From Patescibacteria group bacterium (lineage in GTDB: Bacteria > Patescibacteriota > Patescibacteriia > 2-01-FULL-39-33), in contig JBAZKF010000001.1 in assembly GCA_041650895.1 (NCBI GenBank), forward strand, positions 145,685 to 209,684: a stretch of 64,000 bases of DNA, written 5' to 3'. Within the stretch, counting starts at the first letter, position 1, and every line of letters starts with the position of its first letter. Both the position numbers and the translations under genes were made by a program. Under the pieces are notes generated by a model, which did not search any database, had not been told where the DNA came from, and was given only the letters and a program-made list of their open reading frames with translations. This document shows positions 38,217 through 47,610 of the stretch, piece after piece.

Positions 38217-39551
38217 TTAGTTTAGTTTAGAAAAGTATCCTCTCAAATAAGAAAAATGGGCTACTAAACTGAAAAATGACCAATAAACTATCAATGAGAT
38301 AATGGCATTCAACGGGGAAGTCAACTTCAAAACAAAAAATATCAGAATAAACCCAGAAACAAGATTGACGAGGTTTATAGCAATAGCATAGATATTTTTA
38401 TTGATTGTCCGATAAACTGACCCCAAACCAATCGTAAAACCGGAAAAAATAATGCTTAATGACAGCGGATAAACCAGCTTAATGCTTAAATTAAATTCCG
38501 GGCCATAAACAATTCTAATAAGGTAAGGAGCGACAGCCAAAGACGCTAAGACAATGAAAAAAAATATAAACCCGGCAAAAAGCGACGATTTATAAAAATT
38601 GGCTTTTAGATCTTTAATCCCGGCAACCTTGGCTTTAGGCAACTGCACCTGCAATAAACGACTGATCGGGGTCAGAAAAACATTAGACAAAGCCAAATAA
38701 GCCAAGGCTATTTTCAGGTTAGCCACCTCCGCCGATGAAGCCAAGTAACCAAGGATTAATAAAGGCAGAATATTAAACAAACTAGCGATATTTTTATCCA
38801 CAGCCATGACAAAACCGAAATTAAAGTATTTCTTAATTTTGACCTGATAAAAATTAGATAGAATCTCACCAAACGCTGGTACTAATTCATTGCGACGAGA
38901 AAAATTACGATAGACTAAAATAGAAAAAACCATGGATCCGATAATCGTTAATAAATAACCCCAAACGATTCCGGCTAAGCCAAAACCCATAAAAACAAAA
39001 ATCACCGGTAAAAACACGGCAAAAAATTTATTAATATTCTCTGCAATAGTCAGATATTTTATCTTTCGCATGACTTGAAGCAGGTTCACTAATAAACCAA
39101 AAAATATTTGGAAGATGTAGCCGACGATTATTAATCTGGCTAATTCGCCGATCAAGCGGTTATGATAAAACCACTGGGCTAAGGCGGGAGCTAAAATAAT
39201 AGCGGCCAAGCCGAAAGTAAAGGAGATGATTAAGTTCAATTTAAAAAAATAGGTGATGATATCCTTGATATCCTGACGGCTTCTTCTGGCGTAAGCCTCA
39301 GCCAAAAGCGTCAAAGTAGCATAACCGGTGCCCCAATCCATAAATAACCCGGCAAAGCTGGCTAAAGCAAAAATCAAGGCGTAATCACCGTACGTGCCGA
39401 CGCCCAAAACCCTGGCATAAATAACAGAGGCGATCAGCGACAGACCCAAATCCCAAAAGGAGCCCCATTGCAAAACCAATAGGTCACGAAAAAATTTCAG
39501 CTTCCATAAATATTGCCAACCGGAGATGATTTTTTCTTTAATTACTTTCAT
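38217..39551 (-). CDS. oligosaccharide flippase, Wzx/MOP-superfamily (polysaccharide biosynthesis protein)
   Basis: 444 aa with 12-14 TM helices. The loop pattern and composition match Wzx-like PST transporters. Confidence 0.7.
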   Translation of the reverse strand: MKVIKEKIISGWQYLWKLKFFRDLLVLQWGSFWDLGLSLIASVIYARVLGVGTYGDYALIFALASFAGLFMDWGTGYATLTLLAEAYARRSRQDIKDIITYFFKLNLIISFTFGLAAIILAPALAQWFYHNRLIGELARLIIVGYIFQIFFGLLVNLLQVMRKIKYLTIAENINKFFAVFLPVIFVFMGFGLAGIVWGYLLTIIGSMVFSILVYRNFSRRNELVPAFGEILSNFYQVKIKKYFNFGFVMAVDKNIASLFNILPLLILGYLASSAEVANLKIALAYLALSNVFLTPISRLLQVQLPKAKVAGIKDLKANFYKSSLFAGFIFFFIVLASLAVAPYLIRIVYGPEFNLSIKLVYPLSLSIIFSGFTIGLGSVYRTINKNIYAIAINLVNLVSGFILIFFVLKLTSPLNAIISLIVYWSFFSLVAHFSYLRGYFSKLN

Positions 39552-39561
39552 TGTTTTAATA

Positions 39562-41058
39562 TTAGAAATTAATCATCTTTTTAATGCAAATCAAAGCTTT
39601 GACTAAGGGTTTAGGAATTTTATTTTTCTTAACGAAAAATAGATGCAAAATAGAAACACCTAAACGCACAATAGGATTCCTGCGATTTTTTATCAAGAAT
39701 TCAATCTGGATCTTCTTAAGTCGGGGAATAAGATAAATAACCTTATTCAAATAGCCTTTATTCAACAAGTGGAACTGTTTCTTTAAGTATGCTTGCCCAT
39801 CGGTCAGATGACCGTCAGCGATGGCTCGACGGTATAATTCCGTGCCAGGATAAAAAGTCAAGGAGAAAAGCGATAAATGAAATGGCTTTCTAATTCGATT
39901 AAGAATGTCAATGGTTAAAAGCAAATCATCCTCGGTCTCGTAAGGATTATCCAAAATTACATCAATAATGACATTTAATCTCCCCCGATATTTATCCAAA
40001 AGCGACATGGCCGTTAAAAATTGGCTGGATTTGGCATGCCTCAGATAGATATCCTGATTTACTCGATCGCTACCGCTCTGCAGACCCATTTGGATCATAT
40101 CTAATCCAGCATCAACTAACAGTTCTAATTTAGCGGCATCAATAGTGGTGGGACTAGCCAAACAGAAAAACGGCAAATCAATCTCTGCCTTATAGCGCCG
40201 ATTAAATTCCCTGATCCAATCCAAATCATTGACAGCAAAGCTGTCATCCATGATTTTAAATGATCGAATAAAAGGGAATTTATTTTTTATCATTTTCATT
40301 TCCGTGACCAATTGATCAACGGAACGTTTTCTCAAAAAAATACCGCTATAGATGTTACGAAAAACAGAATTGCAGCAGTAGGCGCAGGCATGGGGGCAAC
40401 CGCGCGAAGATAATAAACGATGGTCGCCCCGCGCCGCCGGATAATACTGCCGAAAAACACTTTCCGTCATAGGCAGTAATTCGCCCTGATGAATAATGTA
40501 ATGGTCGAAAAAATCATAGTCTGGAAAAGGCAATTCATCAATCGCGCTGATTAGAATTGATTTTCCGCCACTAATAATTTGACTGCCATTCTTATGCCAT
40601 AAGCCGGGAATATTAACGTTCTTATAATTAAGCCAATTATCATTCTCTGTTAATTGCAAAAGGGCCGACTCGCCCTCTCCAACGCAAACCAAGTCGGCGT
40701 AAACCAAACAATTTTCCGGATCAATGGTGGGATGAATTCCGCCCCAAATTACCGGCACGCTTGGAAAATTATCTTTGATTGACTTAGTGATATTTTTTGC
40801 GCGGAAGAAATGGTTGGACATCAAACTCAAACCAATTAAATCTGGTTTATATTTATTGATCAACTCTGCAATCTGTTTTAATTCCTGTTCATTCTCCAAC
40901 TCGCCATAAGGTTTGGCCAAAAATAAAATCGCCACATCCCGGCCGAATTTTTTTAAATAAGAAGAAAGATACCTGACGCCTAAAGCGCTGATATCGGTCG
41001 GAGCCTTTTTGAATTCCTCCACATCCTGCTGATTGAGTGAAATTAACAGAATCTTCAT
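39562..41058 (-). CDS. cobalamin-binding radical SAM enzyme, paralog 4
   Basis: DELPFPDYDFF then SSRGCPHACAYCCNSV. Confidence 0.85.
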   Translation of the reverse strand: MKILLISLNQQDVEEFKKAPTDISALGVRYLSSYLKKFGRDVAILFLAKPYGELENEQELKQIAELINKYKPDLIGLSLMSNHFFRAKNITKSIKDNFPSVPVIWGGIHPTIDPENCLVYADLVCVGEGESALLQLTENDNWLNYKNVNIPGLWHKNGSQIISGGKSILISAIDELPFPDYDFFDHYIIHQGELLPMTESVFRQYYPAARGDHRLLSSRGCPHACAYCCNSVFRNIYSGIFLRKRSVDQLVTEMKMIKNKFPFIRSFKIMDDSFAVNDLDWIREFNRRYKAEIDLPFFCLASPTTIDAAKLELLVDAGLDMIQMGLQSGSDRVNQDIYLRHAKSSQFLTAMSLLDKYRGRLNVIIDVILDNPYETEDDLLLTIDILNRIRKPFHLSLFSLTFYPGTELYRRAIADGHLTDGQAYLKKQFHLLNKGYLNKVIYLIPRLKKIQIEFLIKNRRNPIVRLGVSILHLFFVKKNKIPKPLVKALICIKKMINF

Positions 41059-41096
41059 GAATATTTAAAAATTATAAAACCGATTTAATGTGTTTA

Positions 41097-41125
41097 ATTA
41101 TAACAGAAAATACACAATTAATCAA
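41097..41125 (-). promoter_or_regulatory. internal promoter within the minus-strand super-operon (TTGATT, 17 bp, TGTTATAAT extended -10)
   Basis: Reverse complement reads TTGATTAATTGTGTATTTTCTGTTATAAT. The -35 overlaps the GT9 stop codon (41122-41124). It would drive paralog 4 and the genes downstream. Confidence 0.45.
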
Positions 41126-42258
41126 TGGCCTATTAATTCTCGGCAAGCAACTAAAACCTGTTCTGGCTTTATAGCCGAGAAGCAAATTTCCACCTCAGCA
41201 ATATCAATGTCACCGTTATACAACATCTTGCATTGTGGCCGGCAAACCCGACGATCAGTGACTAAACGATAATTATTTTCCGGCCGCTGGTTGTTATCGT
41301 CGCAAGGGCCCAGGATATCAACTACGGGGACTGACAGAGCATCGGCGATATATAATAAACCAGTGTCAACGCCAATAAACAAACGGCATTTCTTCAGGTA
41401 GTATGGCAAGATATTCAGATTTTTACCCAAAATCAAATAACTTTCTCCGCCCGCTTCTTGCCTAATTTGCTCTAAGTATTCCTCTTCATCCTTGAGGCCA
41501 AAAATAAAAAAAATCGGTTGATACTCGGCATTTATCTTCTGTATTAATTCAATCCAATAATCTTTAGGCCAGACTTTATAGTCTTTGCCGGATGAAATAA
41601 CGGCACCGAAAATCATTTTATCGTCTAAGGAATTGATATGAAAAAAATCCTCTACTTCCGGGCAAGTCGCGAAGAAAAACAGCTGATTGCTTTTATTCTC
41701 AACGCTGAAACCAGCTTCCCGCAATAATTCAAAATAAAACTCCTTAATTGAGCGGTCAAATTTGTAATCTTTAGTTTTGTAATACGGATAAAGCAGACGT
41801 AATGATCTGCCGTCTAATCGCGTGGCAACCGAATAAGATTTGGCAGCATTTAAAGATAAACCTAAAATGCCGCCCTCAAAATTATTCACTAAATTAAAAT
41901 AAGCTGTAAGCTCAAATCGGCTTAAATATAGCCACTGCTTAAGCAGCCATTTCAGGCTACCTGCCTCCCGCTCATGGACAAAGCCAATTCTCTCATCAAT
42001 AAAGGGATTGCCTTGCCAAATATCCAAAAATTTATTCCTCGCAAAAACAATCAGTTTCGTTCCCTGGTTAGCTTTTTTTAAGGCCTCTAAAACCGGCGTT
42101 AAACAAACCATATCGCCCAATTTGCCCGTATAAAAAACCACTATCGCCCGACCGATTTTTCTCCCCCGATAAAACCGTCCCAATAAGCGTAGCAATAAAG
42201 CCAGAGGCAATAAAAATATTTTTCTGATTGAGTCAAATGAATAAACCCTCATAATCAA
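41122..42258 (-). CDS. glycosyltransferase family 9 (heptosyltransferase-like)
   Basis: IVVFYTGKLGDMVCLTPVLEALKKA matches the GT9 N-terminal consensus (GxLGDxxxxTP); 378 aa. Confidence 0.78.
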   Translation of the reverse strand: MIMRVYSFDSIRKIFLLPLALLLRLLGRFYRGRKIGRAIVVFYTGKLGDMVCLTPVLEALKKANQGTKLIVFARNKFLDIWQGNPFIDERIGFVHEREAGSLKWLLKQWLYLSRFELTAYFNLVNNFEGGILGLSLNAAKSYSVATRLDGRSLRLLYPYYKTKDYKFDRSIKEFYFELLREAGFSVENKSNQLFFFATCPEVEDFFHINSLDDKMIFGAVISSGKDYKVWPKDYWIELIQKINAEYQPIFFIFGLKDEEEYLEQIRQEAGGESYLILGKNLNILPYYLKKCRLFIGVDTGLLYIADALSVPVVDILGPCDDNNQRPENNYRLVTDRRVCRPQCKMLYNGDIDIAEVEICFSAIKPEQVLVACRELIGH

Positions 42259-43670
42259 GAAGTTTTAGTGGTAAACCATTTTATTATATTTTTCCTATTT
42301 TTCCATAGCTTACGCGTTGAGAAAAACGGGTGCGACAAATAATATTCTATTTTGGCTCGCCGGGCGAACTGAAAAATCTTTTCATAGCTTAAATCCGGCT
42401 GCTCAAAAATCGGCACATTAGCGCAGGACACTAATGGAGGATACGATCGTTTTTCTTCATAAAATTCCGCCCAGGAAAAATCATTTGGCAGGGTGCCGAT
42501 TTTTTTGGCCTCCAGCTCAATCGCAGTATGAGGATAAATCATCGTTAGGGTTTGAGTTGTCTCATCAACGCCCAGTTTGTTCTCCAAGTACCGACTCAAA
42601 AAAACAGTCTTCTTGATATCCGCGTAAGTTTCTCCCGGCAAACCATGCATGAAAAATACTTTTAATTTTATCCCCGCCCCCTTGATTATTTTTATAGCCT
42701 CAATCACCTGGCTGACGGTAATGGCCTTCCTGATATTCTTTAAAATTTCATCACTGCCTGACTCCGCCGCCATGGCAATATGCTCGCAACCGGCTCGCTT
42801 CATCCAATCAACCAACTCGGCATCAATATTATTGGCTCGAGCCTCGCACCACCAACTGACCTTTAATTCTCTGGCGATTATCTCCTGGCAAATTTCAATG
42901 ACACGCTGTTTATTCATCGTAAAACAATCATCAAAAAATCCAACGCCATCAAGTTTGTAAGTATTTAGCAGGAACTGTATTTCATCCACGACATTTTTAG
43001 CGCTCCGATAGCGGATGTTATGGCCCCACTGCTCCGCTGTGGAACAATAAACGCAATTATACGGACAGCCGCGACTACTGATAACACTGGTACAAATCTT
43101 CGTTGATAATGGTATAGTCTGGCGATATTCATTAATCGGAAGCAAGTCTCTGGCTGGCAACGGCAAACTGTCTAAATCGGCAATTGCTTGACGGTTGGCA
43201 TTATGGATTATCTCCCCCTGATTATTGCGATAAGATAAACCATTAACGCCAGATAGATCTTCCTTATTCGCAATAGCTTTAATTAATTCTAAAAAGGTCA
43301 ACTCCCCCTCTCCCCTGACAATCATATCAATTGACTTAATATGCTTTAGAGTATCACCGGCGGTCAGTGTTGGATGAGGTCCGCCGGCCACAATCGGCAC
43401 TGCCGGCAGATTGTTTTTAATCAGTTCGGCCAACTCAAAAGCATAAAAACGATTTTGCGTGCCAAACGACAACCCGACAATATCAGCGCCTTGTTCTTCT
43501 AGGATTTCAATAATCTTTTTGTTGTCGTACCTGTTGATAACACTATCAATAATATAAACATCATTAAAACCGTTTTCCCGCAAAACCGCAACTAACCACG
43601 CCAAACCGAGTGGCGGCATGGTTTCTTTTGTTTGATAAAGGGAGGGAGGAAAAATTAAAGCTATTTTCAT
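42255..43670 (-). CDS. cobalamin-binding radical SAM enzyme, paralog 5
   Basis: MKIALIFPP..., DSLPLPARDLLP, SSRGCPYNCVYCS. Confidence 0.9.
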   Translation of the reverse strand: MKIALIFPPSLYQTKETMPPLGLAWLVAVLRENGFNDVYIIDSVINRYDNKKIIEILEEQGADIVGLSFGTQNRFYAFELAELIKNNLPAVPIVAGGPHPTLTAGDTLKHIKSIDMIVRGEGELTFLELIKAIANKEDLSGVNGLSYRNNQGEIIHNANRQAIADLDSLPLPARDLLPINEYRQTIPLSTKICTSVISSRGCPYNCVYCSTAEQWGHNIRYRSAKNVVDEIQFLLNTYKLDGVGFFDDCFTMNKQRVIEICQEIIARELKVSWWCEARANNIDAELVDWMKRAGCEHIAMAAESGSDEILKNIRKAITVSQVIEAIKIIKGAGIKLKVFFMHGLPGETYADIKKTVFLSRYLENKLGVDETTQTLTMIYPHTAIELEAKKIGTLPNDFSWAEFYEEKRSYPPLVSCANVPIFEQPDLSYEKIFQFARRAKIEYYLSHPFFSTRKLWKNRKNIIKWFTTKTS

Positions 43671-43671
43671 A

Positions 43672-45021
43672 TTATTTTTTAAAAATCACTTCCTGCCAAA
43701 AAACCGGTTTATACCAATATCCTCGGCCGTATTTAAGGCGATTCTTATAATCCCTTAAGAACAATAAACTCCAAAAAGGCTTCAATTCGGTATTAATCAA
43801 TCCCGCATATTTTTCAATATTATTCCAATGCAACCTTTTACCGGGGAATTTATTTTTTATCCGCTCGAATAAAACGGTTCCAGGATAAGGGATAACGGGC
43901 AAAAATTGTTTAACTTGCAAATTATTTTCGACAATAAAATCTATAGTTTCTTTAATGGTCTGCCGATTTTCTCCCGGTGCGTTCAATAAAACACAATACC
44001 CTCCGGCTACGCCGTTCTCTTTTAAGATATCAATCGCCGATCGTAAATCTGCCGAAGTTATTTTTTTATTAATTTCAATTAAAACCCTGTCACTGGCGGA
44101 CTCCATGCCTAAATTTACATTAATACATCCGGCTCGCTTGACTAAAGGCATAATCCCCCTACTCTTAATGATATCAGTCGCCCGGGCATTGGCGCCCCAA
44201 GAAAACCTGAGGCCTCGATCAATGATAGCTGAACAAATCCTCTCTACCCTGTCGCCATCAATAAAAAATTCCCAGTCCTGAAAAAAAACTGATTTAATTT
44301 GAAAATTATTTATCAAGTACTCAATCTCTTCTATTACTTTTTCAACACTCCTAACAATATAACGTCCGGGCATCATGGCCTTAAGGCAGAAAACACAATT
44401 GTAAGGGCAGCCGCGCGAAGTCATTATGACAGAAAAAGGCTTCTCATAATCATTGCTGGAATATTTATCCATCGGCAACAGATCATAGGCCGGCAAAGGC
44501 AAAACATCCAGATCAATGATTCTCTCACTTGGATTATTCACGATTTTGCCGCCTTGACGATAAGACAAGCCGGAAACTTTCGAAAATGCCTGCTCTGCGG
44601 CCAGGGTAACAATCAAATCAGACGCGGATAATTCTGGCTCACCCCTGATAATAAAATCAACTTGGCAATTATCAAACACCCATTCTGGCATAGTGGTGCC
44701 GTGACTGCCGATCAATATTTTGTACTTAACCTTTACCCGGTCTATAATCTTAAAAATGTTTTCAATATGGGAATTAGGGCACTCCCAGCGGTCAATCGGC
44801 GTAGAGGTAATAATGAAGGCCTCGGGACCGAAATCATTGACTGCCTGGTAAATGGATTCTAACGGCAAATTCAAAACATTGGCATCCAATAATTTGATAT
44901 CGTGGCCGGCCTGCCTTAAAATAGAGGCGATAATAGCCATCGACAACGGCTGCCTGGCCCTGACATTCATAATTGACTTCTTCTCCTGGTTAAAATTAGG
45001 AATTAATAAAAATATTTTCAT
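43672..45021 (-). CDS. cobalamin-binding radical SAM enzyme, paralog 6
   Basis: Start moved to ATG 45021 (MKIFLLIPNF), which removes the 173-nt overlap with the upstream gene. DVLPLPAYDLLP, TSRGCPYNCVFC. Confidence 0.85.
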   Translation of the reverse strand: MKIFLLIPNFNQEKKSIMNVRARQPLSMAIIASILRQAGHDIKLLDANVLNLPLESIYQAVNDFGPEAFIITSTPIDRWECPNSHIENIFKIIDRVKVKYKILIGSHGTTMPEWVFDNCQVDFIIRGEPELSASDLIVTLAAEQAFSKVSGLSYRQGGKIVNNPSERIIDLDVLPLPAYDLLPMDKYSSNDYEKPFSVIMTSRGCPYNCVFCLKAMMPGRYIVRSVEKVIEEIEYLINNFQIKSVFFQDWEFFIDGDRVERICSAIIDRGLRFSWGANARATDIIKSRGIMPLVKRAGCINVNLGMESASDRVLIEINKKITSADLRSAIDILKENGVAGGYCVLLNAPGENRQTIKETIDFIVENNLQVKQFLPVIPYPGTVLFERIKNKFPGKRLHWNNIEKYAGLINTELKPFWSLLFLRDYKNRLKYGRGYWYKPVFWQEVIFKK

Positions 45022-45034
45022 TTTATCGATTAAG

Positions 45035-47599
45035 TTAATCATTGATATAAACCGCTTTGCAACATCTGGAACAAATCGGTAACGAATGCTTGAATAAATA
45101 TTGACGGAATTTTTGGTAATCATTGGACAGCCAAATCTCATCAGGAGTCTTATCCAATAAGCTCCCGAAAGATTTTTCAATGATATCGCACCAAACAACT
45201 TCGCCACGCTGATTAATGCGCAACTCGGGCTGCAATAATTTCAAACAAAAAGGCCGGGACGGTTTCTGACCCAAATACTGCGGTAAGTTATGATAATAAT
45301 TCAACGGAGAGAAATTAACAAAACAGCCAGTCTTAAGTCCGTACAATCTGATTTTAGCCAATTTTTTCTTCAACTCTACGGCGTCAGTATCAGGAGGAAA
45401 AATAGGATCCCTAATCTGCGTATTAAGGCGGTAATCGCGGCCCTCTTCCCAGCCAAACTCCCGATTAAAAATACTCTTGGCTTGAGCTACGTCGGCAGAT
45501 GAATAAACTTGCTCAAATAAGACATTAATTGTTGTAATGCCTAATTTTTTAGTGGTATCAATCAATTCAAAAAATTTATCTACATTATCATTAATTAACA
45601 AGGTGGCGAAAATGGTAATAGGAACTTTAGGCATTTTGGCCTGCAAAAGCTTAATGGCCCGCTCCAACCGATCAAAAGTACCCGGTACGCCCCTAATAGC
45701 GTCATGTAACTCCTTGGGACCGTCCAGCGAGGTTAGAATATCAGTCAGATGCTTATAACCCGCTAATTGATCAATATTACGCTCATTAATAAGCGTACAG
45801 TTAGTTTGAAGGATTACCCGTTTACCGAGAGAATCCCAAAAAGCAATAAGCTGCAAAATATCTTGGCGGGCGAATGGTTCGCCGCCGACTAATTTTATTT
45901 CTTCCACCTGGCTGGACATTTTTTTAAACACCTCAAGAATCTGTTCAGCTGACAATTCCTGCTGGCGTAAATTCCTATTCTCTCCTTGATAACACATCTT
46001 ACAACGCAAATTGCATCTGATGGTCGGTTCATAGCCGACTTCATAAACTAGCGGGGACTCGGTTTGAAAAGGCAGAGCCGGCGCTTGAATAAATTTTTTA
46101 ACCCTGATAATCGCCAACCTATTCCGCCGCCAATCATAAAATATTTTTGCCAGCGGAGAGATTATTGGCACGGCTTTTACCGCTTTTTTAAGCTGATGCT
46201 TATTATTTTTCAAATAAGTTAAGAATAATCCGCAATCATAAACTAAAGGCGAAAAGAAAAAGACATAAACCGGCAGGCGATAACGCGCCAAGACAAAGGG
46301 CGAGACCATCAAAGCGGTATACAGAATTATCATCACTGCAAAAATGAAAAATAGCAGTTTATCCCGATCTTTAAAATAAGAATAAATTAAGGCGATAGCC
46401 AAGGCCAGAGAACTAATACCCCATAAAGCAACACCGGCCAAATAAGTTAATAGTTTAAGATTAATCTGTTTGATGAAGTCAAAAATTCCCTGCCAGTTGC
46501 CATTCAAGATAAATCCGGTGATATCCGGTTTAGAAAACTCCCCAGTGCAAGCCGACCACATCTCGAAGTATCCGGGCTGAAAAAAGAAAGGTATTGTCCT
46601 AATCAGATGAACCTTAAGATAGCCGCCCAGATTGCCTAATATATAAGCCTTGGCCGTTTGACTGTAATAATCCAGCTCGCGATTGAATTCAGATAAGCTG
46701 ACTGACAGGCAATCGCCTTGATTGCCGATATTTTTCCCCAGAGCGCTATCGGCTTGCCGGACAATAAGATTATAAGCATCAGCGTAAGGAATTTGTCTCT
46801 GATAAGAGATCAGCGCTGGCAGATTATAAAAATAAATATTAGTATCAAATAGATTGACCAAAGCCGGCCGATTATAAACAACCTTATTCCTAATAATGAT
46901 CGGCGAAATCACCGCAAAAAATACAATCATGAAAGCAACACAACTTAACAAAATCTTGCGCCAACTCAACTTCGCCAATCCGCCGGTCGGTACGAGTTTC
47001 CGAACCAAATAAACTAAAACAAGACCGGCTGGAAATATTAAAAGCAAGGGGGAAGTATTTTGCCTAGCTAATGTTGAAATGCCGAGCCAAAAAGCGCTCA
47101 GCAACAAATCCCTGCTCTTAGCGCTGGAGAAAAATTTCAAAAAATAATATGTGCCGCCTAAAAATAACGGGATGGCCAAATTCTCGCTGACCAACAAAAA
47201 ATTATGCCAAGCCCAATAAGGTTCAATGGCAATCAAAAAAGTAACCAACAAAGAAATCTTCTCGTTAAAAAACAAGCGAACCAGCTTATAGCCGATGATT
47301 AAGGTCACGAAAGCCAAAACTACTTGCGCCAAATAAATCGTCCATTCCCCTCCCAACCAATGCAATAAGACCGAAGTCGTCAAGTAATACAATGGCGGAT
47401 GCCAATCACAGTAATCGTGAAAAATACCCAATAAAACAGAAACAGCCGGCTGAGCCTGGTTATAAAAATTCTGCCAACCGCCTTTATTTAAGCTGGCCTG
47501 CCAAAAAGTGATAAAAATTGAAATACGCACCGCCAGAAAAGCGGCGACAATGACCAGCCATGACCGATATTTAAAAACGATATTTCTTATATTTGACAT
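45035..47599 (-). CDS. fusion protein: N-terminal polytopic membrane domain (about 480 aa, GT-C-like) plus C-terminal radical SAM/SPASM domain (about 350 aa)
   Basis: The first roughly 480 aa are hydrophobic with 11-13 TM helices. Then come EPTIRCNLRCKMCYQG (CxxxCxxC), VGGEPFARQD, and a C-terminal LPICSRCCKA cluster. The C-terminal domain is similar to the stand-alone 33498..34586 protein. Confidence 0.75.
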   Translation of the reverse strand: MSNIRNIVFKYRSWLVIVAAFLAVRISIFITFWQASLNKGGWQNFYNQAQPAVSVLLGIFHDYCDWHPPLYYLTTSVLLHWLGGEWTIYLAQVVLAFVTLIIGYKLVRLFFNEKISLLVTFLIAIEPYWAWHNFLLVSENLAIPLFLGGTYYFLKFFSSAKSRDLLLSAFWLGISTLARQNTSPLLLIFPAGLVLVYLVRKLVPTGGLAKLSWRKILLSCVAFMIVFFAVISPIIIRNKVVYNRPALVNLFDTNIYFYNLPALISYQRQIPYADAYNLIVRQADSALGKNIGNQGDCLSVSLSEFNRELDYYSQTAKAYILGNLGGYLKVHLIRTIPFFFQPGYFEMWSACTGEFSKPDITGFILNGNWQGIFDFIKQINLKLLTYLAGVALWGISSLALAIALIYSYFKDRDKLLFFIFAVMIILYTALMVSPFVLARYRLPVYVFFFSPLVYDCGLFLTYLKNNKHQLKKAVKAVPIISPLAKIFYDWRRNRLAIIRVKKFIQAPALPFQTESPLVYEVGYEPTIRCNLRCKMCYQGENRNLRQQELSAEQILEVFKKMSSQVEEIKLVGGEPFARQDILQLIAFWDSLGKRVILQTNCTLINERNIDQLAGYKHLTDILTSLDGPKELHDAIRGVPGTFDRLERAIKLLQAKMPKVPITIFATLLINDNVDKFFELIDTTKKLGITTINVLFEQVYSSADVAQAKSIFNREFGWEEGRDYRLNTQIRDPIFPPDTDAVELKKKLAKIRLYGLKTGCFVNFSPLNYYHNLPQYLGQKPSRPFCLKLLQPELRINQRGEVVWCDIIEKSFGSLLDKTPDEIWLSNDYQKFRQYLFKHSLPICSRCCKAVYIND

Positions 47600-47610
47600 A
47601 GTATTTTCTG

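Noticed and set aside
43672-45207. 173-nt overlap between the track ORFs 43672..45207 and 45035..47599
   Set aside because: It is an artefact of the longest-ORF call. An internal ATG at 45021 (MKIFLLIPNF, matching the N-termini of the other paralogs) gives a 14-nt intergenic gap instead. This is not a programmed frameshift or a genuine overlap.
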